64,000 nucleotides of DNA from Dehalococcoidia bacterium (lineage in GTDB: Bacteria > Chloroflexota > Dehalococcoidia > Lucifugimonadales > CBDCYU01): assembly GCA_965224345.1 (NCBI GenBank), contig CBDCYU010000003.1, positions 2,100,297 to 2,164,296 of the forward strand, read 5' to 3'. The notes under the pieces were generated by a model. It was not told the origin of the DNA. It searched no databases and saw nothing but the letters and a program-made list of their open reading frames with translations. The translations under genes were made by a program, and so were the position numbers. Shown piece by piece: positions 53,787-61,956 of the stretch. Every line of letters starts with the position of its first letter. Within the stretch, counting starts at the first letter, position 1.

Positions 53787-54488
53787 TTAGAAAGACGCCC
53801 CCGGCGACAGGTTGTGTATCTCCTTGTCGATGTCCGCGATGTGCCTGCGCATCGCCAGGGCTGCTTCAGGCGGCTCCTCCCGCTGGATGGCGCCGAGGAT
53901 CTCCCGGTGGGACTGAAGAGAGAGTCTCGAGCGCTCAAGGGAGAGCAGGGAGTCCTCCCGGCTCTGGCTCAGAATGTCCGAGATGGCCCGCGTCACGGCT
54001 ATCAGGGCGGCGTTCTTGGTCGCCTCGGCGATGGCGAAATGGAACCGGGCGTCGTCCTCGACGCCCGTGCCGCCGGCGGCGATGTCGGCCTCCTGGTGGA
54101 CCAGGTGCTCGTCCATCAGCCTGAGGTCCGCCTCGGTGGCGCGCTGGGCCGCAAGAGATACGACGTGGGGCTCCAGGAGCAGCCGCATCTCGAAGACGTC
54201 GCTCGCCGCGCTGTCGTCGTCCAGAAGAGACGAAAACGCCTGCACGATGGCCTCCATCGCGTCCTCCGTGATGAAGGTCCCCGCGCCGGGGCGGATCACC
54301 ACCAGCCCCTTCATGTCCAAGAGTCGCATCGCCTCTCGGACCGAGGCGCGGCTCACGCCCAGCATCTGCGCCAGCTCCCGCTCGGGTGGCAGTCGATCAC
54401 CCGGATTCAGCTCACCCTTCCTGATGAGCTCATAGATCTGCCCTACGATCTCCTCGGGGATGCGAGTCTTCTTTACGGCTCTGAGCAG
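53787..54488 (-). CDS. GntR/FadR-family transcriptional regulator; start apparently non-canonical (CTG)
   Basis: The wHTH region (L)LRAVKKTRIPEEIVGQIYELIRKGELNPGDRLPPERELAQMLGVSRASVREAMRLL is followed by an FCD-type C-domain. The first ATG (track start 54365) would delete the HTH. The frame is closed by TGA just upstream of an AAGGAGG RBS, and no ATG/GTG/TTG lies between them. Confidence 0.8.
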   Translation of the reverse strand: MLRAVKKTRIPEEIVGQIYELIRKGELNPGDRLPPERELAQMLGVSRASVREAMRLLDMKGLVVIRPGAGTFITEDAMEAIVQAFSSLLDDDSAASDVFEMRLLLEPHVVSLAAQRATEADLRLMDEHLVHQEADIAAGGTGVEDDARFHFAIAEATKNAALIAVTRAISDILSQSREDSLLSLERSRLSLQSHREILGAIQREEPPEAALAMRRHIADIDKEIHNLSPGASF

Positions 54489-54592
54489 CTCCAGCCTCCT
54501 TGCGGTATGAGCATCAGGTGGTCAGACCAAAATGGACGATACCACCCAGCGCCGCGGTTGTCAAATCGCCCGGCGGCTAAGAGCCCCAGCAC

Positions 54593-55090
54593 TCACGCTG
54601 CGCTGAACCGGACGAGCCTGGTATCTCCCCTGACGTAGAGGGGATGGCGCGGGTGCCCCTGCAAGGTGACTCCCAGCGCGTGGGTCTCGACGCCCCTCTC
54701 TTGGAGGACAGCGAGGGTCCTCCGAGCCCTGCCCTCCAACTCGCCGCTATTGCCGTAGGCGAGCACGACGAGGCGCGACCTCGACGCCGCCTCGAGCGTC
54801 TCCGCCAGGTTCCTCCGCGCCACGGCGTCGGGCTCCGGGCCGTGCTCCAGCAGGTCCCTGGGGCGGGCGGCCCTGAAGGGAGAGAGGTTGGTCACCAGCA
54901 GCCAGGCGAACCCCCACATGCGGGCGAACCCCGCGCAACGGCTTATGGTGGGGTCGTTACACTCCTCGTCCGCGGTGGAGGGATTCAGCATCAGAAAGTT
55001 GACTGCCCTCTCTCCGGGCCCGACCCTTCGAGTAAGCAGGAACCTGTACTTCCTGTCCGGGGAGAACAGCGCGGGCGGCATCTTGCTCAT
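54593..55090 (-). CDS. DUF1643 family protein
   Basis: ALFSPDRKYRFLLTRRVGPGERAVNFLMLNPSTADEECNDPTISRC…LVVLAYGN…GHPRHPLYV matches the DUF1643 pattern. It shares a 4-nt ATGA overlap with the upstream gene. Confidence 0.75.
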   Translation of the reverse strand: MSKMPPALFSPDRKYRFLLTRRVGPGERAVNFLMLNPSTADEECNDPTISRCAGFARMWGFAWLLVTNLSPFRAARPRDLLEHGPEPDAVARRNLAETLEAASRSRLVVLAYGNSGELEGRARRTLAVLQERGVETHALGVTLQGHPRHPLYVRGDTRLVRFSAA

Positions 55091-55779
55091 GCTACGGCCC
55101 GGTTCGCTCCTCGAGCTCCTCTATCCACCTGCTTGAAAAGGGGACATTGGCCGCGAATGGCGCTGAGACCTATCTCCTCCACTGCGAGGACGCCCATCAA
55201 GGGCTTCTGGTAGCCTTCGTACAGGTCGCGAACACGCTTGGAGGGGGCCGTGTCCGGCGAGTCGTTGATCTCCTCAGGGGTCCCGAATTCGGCGCGGACC
55301 GCCTGAAGCTCCGCCGATAGGTTGGGTCGCCCAATTCCTCGGGCGAAGCGTTCCGGGTCGCTGAACAGAAGCCCCTCGAACTCATGCATCACCACGTAAG
55401 GGATGAAGCGCCGGCGGTCGAAAGCGCCGCCCAGGGAGCTCGAAACATCTTCCAGGAGGGCCTGCTGGACGGAGGCCGCTCGCTCCTTCAAGGTCTCCTT
55501 ACGTGCGGCCCGCTCCCGTCCCGGCCACGTGAATGGCAGCCCGTAGTAGTCCACCATGGTCGTCGCAAACGTATCCCGGTCCGATGTCAGGTGATTCAAG
55601 ATGTCGTTGCGCACCGAATCCCATGGTCTGATGCCGCCGCGCCGGCTCCGTTGACGAGCATTACCGATCAGGCGGGCGCTGACATTCGTATATCCAAGAC
55701 TGTACAGGTACGGGGCCAGGACTCCATTCACGAAGCTCTCCTCCGTCTGGCCCTCGACGTGTACGAGTAACCGGGGCAT
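55087..55779 (-). CDS. DUF4276 family protein (Toprim-like N-terminal motif)
   Basis: MPRLLVHVEGQTEESFVN… and …FIPYVVMHEFEGLLFSDPE… match my recollection of the DUF4276 conserved blocks. It starts 4 nt after the ATPase stop. Confidence 0.75.
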   Translation of the reverse strand: MPRLLVHVEGQTEESFVNGVLAPYLYSLGYTNVSARLIGNARQRSRRGGIRPWDSVRNDILNHLTSDRDTFATTMVDYYGLPFTWPGRERAARKETLKERAASVQQALLEDVSSSLGGAFDRRRFIPYVVMHEFEGLLFSDPERFARGIGRPNLSAELQAVRAEFGTPEEINDSPDTAPSKRVRDLYEGYQKPLMGVLAVEEIGLSAIRGQCPLFKQVDRGARGANRAVA

Positions 55780-55783
55780 CCCG

Positions 55784-56890
55784 CTACTCCCGCCTCGGCC
55801 GTCCGCCCAGCTCGTTCTTCTCCCAAAGCTGGCCCAAGCTGTAGCTCTCCAACCAGGGCTCCAACTCGGACGATTCGAGCCGATTGAGCTGCGTTTTGCC
55901 GTCGACGCGCTCCGCCACGAGCACCTCCTCCGACTCGAAGTGGTCCAACAGGAGGGACGACTGGGTCGAGACGATCACCTGCGACTCGATTGACGCCTGC
56001 CTCATCAGCGACGCCAGCAGGGTGATGGCGTACGGGTGCATCCCCAGCTCCGGCTCGTCTACCAGGATTACCGACGGCCTGAACTTCACCGGCTGGAGGA
56101 ACAGCGTAGCCAGGGCCATGAAGCGCAGCGTCCCGTCCGATAACGATGAAGCGTCGAAATAGGCGTCCGTTCCTTCATGTCTCCACTCGAGCCTGATCTT
56201 GTCAGGGTTCAGCCCCTGGGGATTGAGCTCGAAGTCCTCGAAGAACGGCGCTGCCAGCCGGACCGTCCGCGCGATGGAGCGATACGAATCTTCGTGCTTC
56301 TCACGGAGGAGATAGAGAAGGGCCGCCAGATTCGTTCCGTCGGTGCGGAGATAGCGGTTGTCGTTCACGTCAGCCGTCTTTTTCATGGGAGAGCTGGCAC
56401 TGGTGTCGTGGAAGTGATAGAGGCGCCACCTATCTAGACGCTGCCTGACATATCCTCCAACTCTCACTAAGAACCGGTTGCTGATCCCGGCTTCTCCTTC
56501 GGCGCTCCTAAGCTGCACCATGTAAGGATTGGAATTCGGCTTGTTCCGGAAGCATGCGGTTTCATCCCATGGAACCAGCTCGTCAAGACCAGTCGGCTCA
56601 AGAGTGAGATCATATTCGTTTTTCCCCTCTTCGAAGGAGAGGCGAATATGCAGCTGCTTGGTAACTCGTGAGCCGAAGTGCAGCACCTTGTCGGCGCCGC
56701 CTGCCTTGATCACATACTCCCGCAAACGGCCCTCCCGGATGGCATTCAGGAAAGAGAACACGCCAAGAAAGTTCGACTTGCCGGAGCCGTTGGGGCCGAT
56801 GAGCACCGTCAGCGGTCCGATCTCCAGCTCCTCGATGGACTCGATGCTCTTGAAGCCCCGTACGGTTATGTAGTCCAGCTCGCTCATCAC
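55784..56890 (-). CDS. AAA_15/AAA_21-type (ABC/SMC-like) ATPase
   Basis: Walker A is GPNGSGKSN, the signature-like motif is LSDGTLRFMAL, Walker B is VILVDEPELGMHP and the H-loop region is IVSTQS. It shares a 4-nt ATGA overlap with the upstream MTase gene. Confidence 0.85.
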   Translation of the reverse strand: MMSELDYITVRGFKSIESIEELEIGPLTVLIGPNGSGKSNFLGVFSFLNAIREGRLREYVIKAGGADKVLHFGSRVTKQLHIRLSFEEGKNEYDLTLEPTGLDELVPWDETACFRNKPNSNPYMVQLRSAEGEAGISNRFLVRVGGYVRQRLDRWRLYHFHDTSASSPMKKTADVNDNRYLRTDGTNLAALLYLLREKHEDSYRSIARTVRLAAPFFEDFELNPQGLNPDKIRLEWRHEGTDAYFDASSLSDGTLRFMALATLFLQPVKFRPSVILVDEPELGMHPYAITLLASLMRQASIESQVIVSTQSSLLLDHFESEEVLVAERVDGKTQLNRLESSELEPWLESYSLGQLWEKNELGGRPRRE

Positions 56891-58524
56891 ACCGTCTCGC
56901 CCATTCTACCCTGCCGGCCCTCGGCGCGCCTCACTCGCTGGGCGGCCTGGTACATGGACGGGTGAGGCGGCAGATCGAAGGTCTTGCCCTCCAGCAGCTC
57001 GGCTATGGTGCGCAGCTGTATTTTCGGGTAGTCCCTCTGCCACACGTCCGAGTGGTAGAAACCCGCGCTGACGGCCTCGGTGCGCATGGCGCTCGTCGGC
57101 TCCTCCAGGGTGATGAAGAGGCCCATCGCCGCCTTCTCGCGCTGGACGGTGCCCTTCAGATCGCGGATGAGGGGCGACGAGACCCTGCCGCTCTTGACCT
57201 GCACGATGGCCTTCCGCGGCGAGCGCCGGGGGCCGTCGATGAAGTAGACGATACCGTCGATGCCCCTATCCGCGCCGCGCCTGCTCTGCTCCCGGGGGGA
57301 CGCCTCCAGCAGGGACATGGCCCAGAACTGGAACTGGTACCTGTCCTGCTCCGCCAGGGCGCGGGCGCCGCCGACGTCCGCCGGCTCGCCGACGACCTCG
57401 TAGTCCCTGCCGGGCACGATGTCGAAGGCGGTCTTGAGGCGGTTCTTCATCAGCGCGACTGCTAGATGGGTGACGTCGATGCCCATCCACCGGCGCTTCA
57501 GCTTCTCCGCGGCGGCCACCGCCGTGCCGCACCCGCAGAAGGGGTCCAGCACCACGTCGCCCTCGTTGGATGAGGCCTCTATGATGCGCTCCAAGAGGGC
57601 CTGCGGCTTCTGGGTTGGGTAGCCGAGACGTTCCTTATTGGAGCCGGACAATGAGTATATGTCTGCCCACACATCTTGCATGGGGACCCCCCGAGACTCG
57701 TCGAGGTAAGTTTTCCTGCTAGGATACCCAGTCCTCGAGTAGTACAGGCGGCCTTCTTCGTGTAGGCGCTGCATGGTAGCCTGGCTGTACCTCCATGCTC
57801 TCGTATGTCCATTCCACTCATATACAGGATTGCCCTTCTCTGCACCACCTGGTCCCGTCAGCGGAGTGGTCCTGAATCTTCTTCCAGTCTCCTCGTCAAC
57901 ATATCTGTACGTACTCCTGACATAGCTTTCATCCAGTGGAACGAATCCTTGATGCCAGGTAACAGATGCGCTCTTGCCATACAACAGGATGATGTCATGC
58001 ACTCGTCCAAATCGAGTAGACCCCTGACCCACATCGTTGTGAGCACCGTAACGCTTCCATGTGATTTCATTTCGAAAGTTCTCAGCCCCAAACACCGCAT
58101 CCATCAGCAGCTTCAAGTAGTGGCTCGCTGTCGGGTCGCAGTGCAGGTATATGGAGCCGGTGGGCTTCAGCACCCGGCGAAGCTGCACCAGCCGCGGCGT
58201 CATCATGACAAGGTACGCCATCATGGCGTTGCTGCCGATGAACTGGCGGAAGCCGGAGACCATCTCCTTGACGTTGGGCGGCGTCTCCGGGTTCAGTACG
58301 ATCTCCTGCTCGAACGTCCGCTCCGACTCCTGCGTCCACTCCCACGTGTCGGTGAACGCCTTGATCTGGGCGGGCGACTCCTCGCCGGACCTCTCCTTGA
58401 ACAGCACGTTGTACGACGCGTTGGAGTTGAAGGGCGGGTCGAGGTAGACGAGGTCCACCGACTCGTCGGGGACGTACCGGCGCAGCACGTCCAGGTTGTC
58501 GCCGTAGTACAGGGTGTTAGTCAT
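56887..58524 (-). CDS. beta-class N6/N4 DNA methyltransferase fused to a C-terminal Mrr-type restriction endonuclease-like domain
   Basis: The start is at MTNTLYYGDNLDVL. Motif IV is VDLVYLDPPFNS and motif I is VVLDPFCGCGT. The C-terminal PD-(D/E)xK motif is RGIDGIVYF…KAIVQVKSG. The track ORF extends to 58749 but would then overlap vapC. Confidence 0.85.
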   Translation of the reverse strand: MTNTLYYGDNLDVLRRYVPDESVDLVYLDPPFNSNASYNVLFKERSGEESPAQIKAFTDTWEWTQESERTFEQEIVLNPETPPNVKEMVSGFRQFIGSNAMMAYLVMMTPRLVQLRRVLKPTGSIYLHCDPTASHYLKLLMDAVFGAENFRNEITWKRYGAHNDVGQGSTRFGRVHDIILLYGKSASVTWHQGFVPLDESYVRSTYRYVDEETGRRFRTTPLTGPGGAEKGNPVYEWNGHTRAWRYSQATMQRLHEEGRLYYSRTGYPSRKTYLDESRGVPMQDVWADIYSLSGSNKERLGYPTQKPQALLERIIEASSNEGDVVLDPFCGCGTAVAAAEKLKRRWMGIDVTHLAVALMKNRLKTAFDIVPGRDYEVVGEPADVGGARALAEQDRYQFQFWAMSLLEASPREQSRRGADRGIDGIVYFIDGPRRSPRKAIVQVKSGRVSSPLIRDLKGTVQREKAAMGLFITLEEPTSAMRTEAVSAGFYHSDVWQRDYPKIQLRTIAELLEGKTFDLPPHPSMYQAAQRVRRAEGRQGRMGETV

Positions 58525-58594
58525 AATGTTCGAGGGCTCTTGAAATCGACGCGCTGTCCTCGACACGCAACCCTGAGGCGCAGCAGATATCGGA

Positions 58595-58975
58595 TCAGAT
58601 ACGGAATCCGAGGGTTGCGGCCACGGCCCGCTGACGGTCGTCGAGAGTGACGAAGGAGATGTCGCTGGGCTCCGGGGCGGCGTAGAGGGCCGTCGCGATA
58701 TGCCACAGATCGGCTCCCCCGAGGTATCCGGCCTGCAGGATGGACGCAATCTCCGTGGTCAACGGACGGTCCGGGAGGACCCACCTGACGCCGGAGAGGA
58801 CACGGACGTCAAAAGCCCTTCTCTCCCGTCCGTACGCGGCCCGGACCTCGGCTTCGAGCAGATTCGACGACCAGAGGCTGGAGAACCGACCGAGGCGCCG
58901 CTCCACGGCGGTCCATCCGTTATCTTGGAACGCAATGCCGACGATGGCGGAAGAGTCGACGTAGGCGATGCTCAC
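58595..58975 (-). CDS. vapC: PIN-domain ribonuclease toxin VapC
   Basis: The acidic quartet context is MSIAYVDSS (D), LLEAEV (E), GADLWHIA (D) and TLDDRQ (D). It shares a 4-nt overlap with the upstream antitoxin gene. Confidence 0.85.
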   Translation of the reverse strand: MSIAYVDSSAIVGIAFQDNGWTAVERRLGRFSSLWSSNLLEAEVRAAYGRERRAFDVRVLSGVRWVLPDRPLTTEIASILQAGYLGGADLWHIATALYAAPEPSDISFVTLDDRQRAVAATLGFRI

Positions 58976-59259
58976 CGGTCGCGCTCTTCGAGGAACCTCT
59001 TCAGAGCGCCCGGCACGTGGACACCCCCTTTAAAGGCCACTCTGGGCCCGCGAGGGGCAGACAGGGCCCCTCGGCGCTCCAACTCTTGGGTCCGCTGCTC
59101 TATCGCCGTCTTCGCCTTTTCCACCGGACGGATCTCGGCAACCGGCTCACCTCGGTAGGACACGGTCACGGTCCTCCCCTCACGGATATGGCGTATGACC
59201 TCGGAGAACCGGGCCTTGGCCTCGTACGTCGAATAGGTAATGTCCATGCCCGATAGCAT
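58972..59259 (-). CDS. Phd/YefM-family antitoxin
   Basis: TYSTYEAKARFSEVIRHIREGRTVTVSYRGEPVAEIRPV is the typical Phd/YefM N-terminal fold sequence. The alternative start at 59247 (MDITY) is equally possible. Confidence 0.8.
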   Translation of the reverse strand: MLSGMDITYSTYEAKARFSEVIRHIREGRTVTVSYRGEPVAEIRPVEKAKTAIEQRTQELERRGALSAPRGPRVAFKGGVHVPGALKRFLEERDR

Positions 59260-59380
59260 AACCGGTCAGACTGGTCAGATCAAGCTGGGACCCGGAAGTA
59301 GCAACTACGCAGCACGTCCAGGTTATCGCGTATTGCAGGGTCTTGGGCATCGTGAGGCACCGTTGATCTTTGCGTTGCGC

Positions 59381-60100
59381 TTACGCGTCCCCGCTGTGAG
59401 GCATCTCGTCCCACGTACGGTCATCCAGGACGCGGCCGGTTCGTTTCTTGAACACGCCTCCCCACTGCTTGAAGAAGAACGGGACTTTATTTCTTACGCA
59501 ATGGTCCCGTATCTCCCTCGCCCAATCGGCTTTCATGGGCCTCGCTCCCGGCCCCGATTCACCTCCCACGATGACCCACTGGATACCGGAAAGTTCCAGG
59601 TTGGGCATCGGTCCCAGCAGCGGCTCCAAGGAGAGAAACTTGGTGTGAGCGTCGGTGGCCTTTAGCAAGTCCAGGCGGTGCAGCCACCTTTCGGACTCTA
59701 TGCTCGTGCCCAGCCAGATGTTTGGCGTCCAGTCGAGCTTGGCATTGAGTTGCTTGACGCGGCCGGGGCGCTTAGTAAGAACCTGGAATGTGTGCTGAGA
59801 CGCCTGGTTCATAACGTCGAAGACCGACTGAACGTACTCAGAAGACACGGCCTTGTGAAATAGGTCGCTCATCGAATTCACAAAGACGAGGCTCGGCTTT
59901 TTCCACTTCAGGGGCTCTCGAAGCACTGATTCGTGGACGACGACCTCGAATCCCCGGCGATACTTCTCCACTCCCATTGCCTGGAGGCGTTTGGCCATGC
60001 GTTCCGCATAGCAAAGCTTGCAGCCGTGGCTGATCTTGGTGCAGCCGGTGACCGGGTTCCAGGTGGTTTCAGTCCATTCGATCTTGGAGAGTGTGGACAC
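59381..60100 (-). CDS. phage Gp37/Gp68 family protein (DUF5131, three-Cys-motif protein)
   Basis: MSTLSKIEWTETTWNPVTGCTKISHGCKLCYAERMAKRL is the hallmark N-terminus with C-x6-C-x2-C. …VIVGGESGPGARPM…FFFKQWGG also matches the family. Confidence 0.85.
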   Translation of the reverse strand: MSTLSKIEWTETTWNPVTGCTKISHGCKLCYAERMAKRLQAMGVEKYRRGFEVVVHESVLREPLKWKKPSLVFVNSMSDLFHKAVSSEYVQSVFDVMNQASQHTFQVLTKRPGRVKQLNAKLDWTPNIWLGTSIESERWLHRLDLLKATDAHTKFLSLEPLLGPMPNLELSGIQWVIVGGESGPGARPMKADWAREIRDHCVRNKVPFFFKQWGGVFKKRTGRVLDDRTWDEMPHSGDA

Positions 60101-60104
60101 GAGA

Positions 60105-60950
60105 TCACCCGCTTGCGTTGAGGATGTACTTGGCTATTCTCTTGGCAACAGCCGCTCCGTTCGGGTTGCCGACACAGAACACAAACTCAAATAAGGGTGA
60201 GTTCTTCGAGTTCATAAGGGTCTTGGATGTCTCCATGAATCTCTGACCGAACAGGGCTTTCAGCTTGGCCTTGTATATCTTCCTGATTCCCTCAACGCCG
60301 GGATCCCTCTGGTACATTTGATCGCCGAATAGGGACTGTTGGGGATTGGCGTAATATAGCTCTCTCCAGCTTTCATCGCCAAAGATTTTGGTCAGCCTGT
60401 CGGCCCAGGCGTCAGAGATATCGTCCGGGTTCCTCGAGACAGGCAGCATTCTGGCGATCGCGGATATTGGAAAGAGTATCCAAGTGTCGAGGGCGTTGAA
60501 GCCCGCTATCCTTTCGATTGTAGTCCATTCAACCTCAGTAGCAAACGGATCGAGAAAGAGGACGCCTCGCCATACCCTCCAATCTTCTTGCAGCTTGCTC
60601 AAGAAAGTGTTGGCGTCGGAGTTCTCAGTTCTGATGTCCCGCCCGGGATTTTTTTTGCGTAGGGTTGCCAGTTGATTATATCGTTGAGTGTCCTTCTCAA
60701 CGAAGATCAGTCGGTCGAACGCCTTGTCGTCAATACCAATCGCCAGCTTTGACGAGCCGTCTATGAAAGCTCGTGCATCATCATCTGCCAGACGCGGGCT
60801 AACGCTACCTGTACCGGCAAAAGCATCTACGTACATCAACTTGAAGGACTGATTCTTCAGTGCGGTAGTGTAGGCATTCAGGATGGATAGCTTGTCGACA
60901 GTCCATTGTCCTCCAAAGCCGTCAGGCGTTGTTTCGGACGTTCCGGCCAT
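60105..60950 (-). CDS. tcmP: three-Cys-motif partner protein TcmP
   Basis: …QWTVDKLSILNAYTTALKNQSFKLMYVDAFAGTG…LFLDPFATEVEWTTIERIA…DTWILFP… is as I recall for the TcmP family. It sits 4 nt upstream of the Gp37/Gp68 gene. Confidence 0.75.
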   Translation of the reverse strand: MAGTSETTPDGFGGQWTVDKLSILNAYTTALKNQSFKLMYVDAFAGTGSVSPRLADDDARAFIDGSSKLAIGIDDKAFDRLIFVEKDTQRYNQLATLRKKNPGRDIRTENSDANTFLSKLQEDWRVWRGVLFLDPFATEVEWTTIERIAGFNALDTWILFPISAIARMLPVSRNPDDISDAWADRLTKIFGDESWRELYYANPQQSLFGDQMYQRDPGVEGIRKIYKAKLKALFGQRFMETSKTLMNSKNSPLFEFVFCVGNPNGAAVAKRIAKYILNASG

Positions 60951-61295
60951 AATCGCACCTCAGTAGTTGGCATCCCTTGGCTACCAACTATCCCTCTCTG
61001 GGATTGGTCAAGGCATGCGAGATTGCTCTGTTCGGCAAGATGATAGCACCCCTGTTCTCATAGGGCAAGGGAAAAGCCGAGAGTGTGAGTTAGGCGGTCA
61101 GCATATCACCCGGCAGGCTGCGGCAACACTCTTTCGCGCATAGGCCAAGCCGCCCTCCCGGCGAGAAAGGGGGAGAGAATCGCCAGGCCGCATCCTCCGG
61201 CGCACTTGACGCGCCTCGACGAATTGGTATGCTTACGGTGCTTCTATTCGGGCATGTTACTTCCCAGAGCCTCAGTACCTATCAAGGAGCTAGAG

Positions 61296-61871
61296 ATGAT
61301 CCATGCAGAGAGGGTAGCCAGCCACCTGACGACGGAGCAGCTCGAAACCGGGATGGAGCACATCCTGCGGTCTCCGGCAGACAGGGGGCCCCTGGTGAAG
61401 ATCGTCCGGCGGCCCGGCATGGACCAGCGGGAGGTCCTGGCGGAGGGTCAGCTGGACGTCGACATTGGCCTCGTCGGGGACAACTGGAAGACGCGGGGGA
61501 GCACCGGCACCCCCGACGGCAGCGCAAATCCGGTCGCGCAGATCACGATGATCAACGCGCGCTTCCTCTCGCTGATAGCGCAGTCGGAGAAGCGATGGCA
61601 GCTGTCCGGCGATCAGCTCCTCGTGGACCTAGACCTGAGCATCGAGAACCTGCCTCCTGGAACGCAGCTGTCCATCGGCTCGGCGGTGATCGAGGTCTCG
61701 GCGAAGCCGCACACGGGCTGCGCCAAGTTCTCCGCGCGCTTCGGCCGGGACGCCCTGCGGATCACGGCCACGCCGAAGGGGACGGACCTGAGGCTCCGGG
61801 GCGTCAACACCAGGGTGGTACGGTCGGGCACGATCCGGGTCGGGGACGTGGCGGCCAAGATTTCCGTGTAG
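61296..61871 (+). CDS. MOSC domain-containing protein
   Basis: The start is at MIHAERVAS after AAGGAG. …GLVGDNW…AQITMINARFL…QLLVDLDLSIENLPPGTQLSIGSAVIEVSAKPHTGCAKF… is the MOSC beta-barrel with its conserved Cys. Confidence 0.8.
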   Translation: MIHAERVASHLTTEQLETGMEHILRSPADRGPLVKIVRRPGMDQREVLAEGQLDVDIGLVGDNWKTRGSTGTPDGSANPVAQITMINARFLSLIAQSEKRWQLSGDQLLVDLDLSIENLPPGTQLSIGSAVIEVSAKPHTGCAKFSARFGRDALRITATPKGTDLRLRGVNTRVVRSGTIRVGDVAAKISV

Positions 61872-61956
61872 TGCCTCCCGGACATCCCCCTACCGGCACC
61901 GTCGCATGGAGCCAGGACGGCTGACGCTTCGCGCCCGTGGGAGCCGCAGCGGGGCG

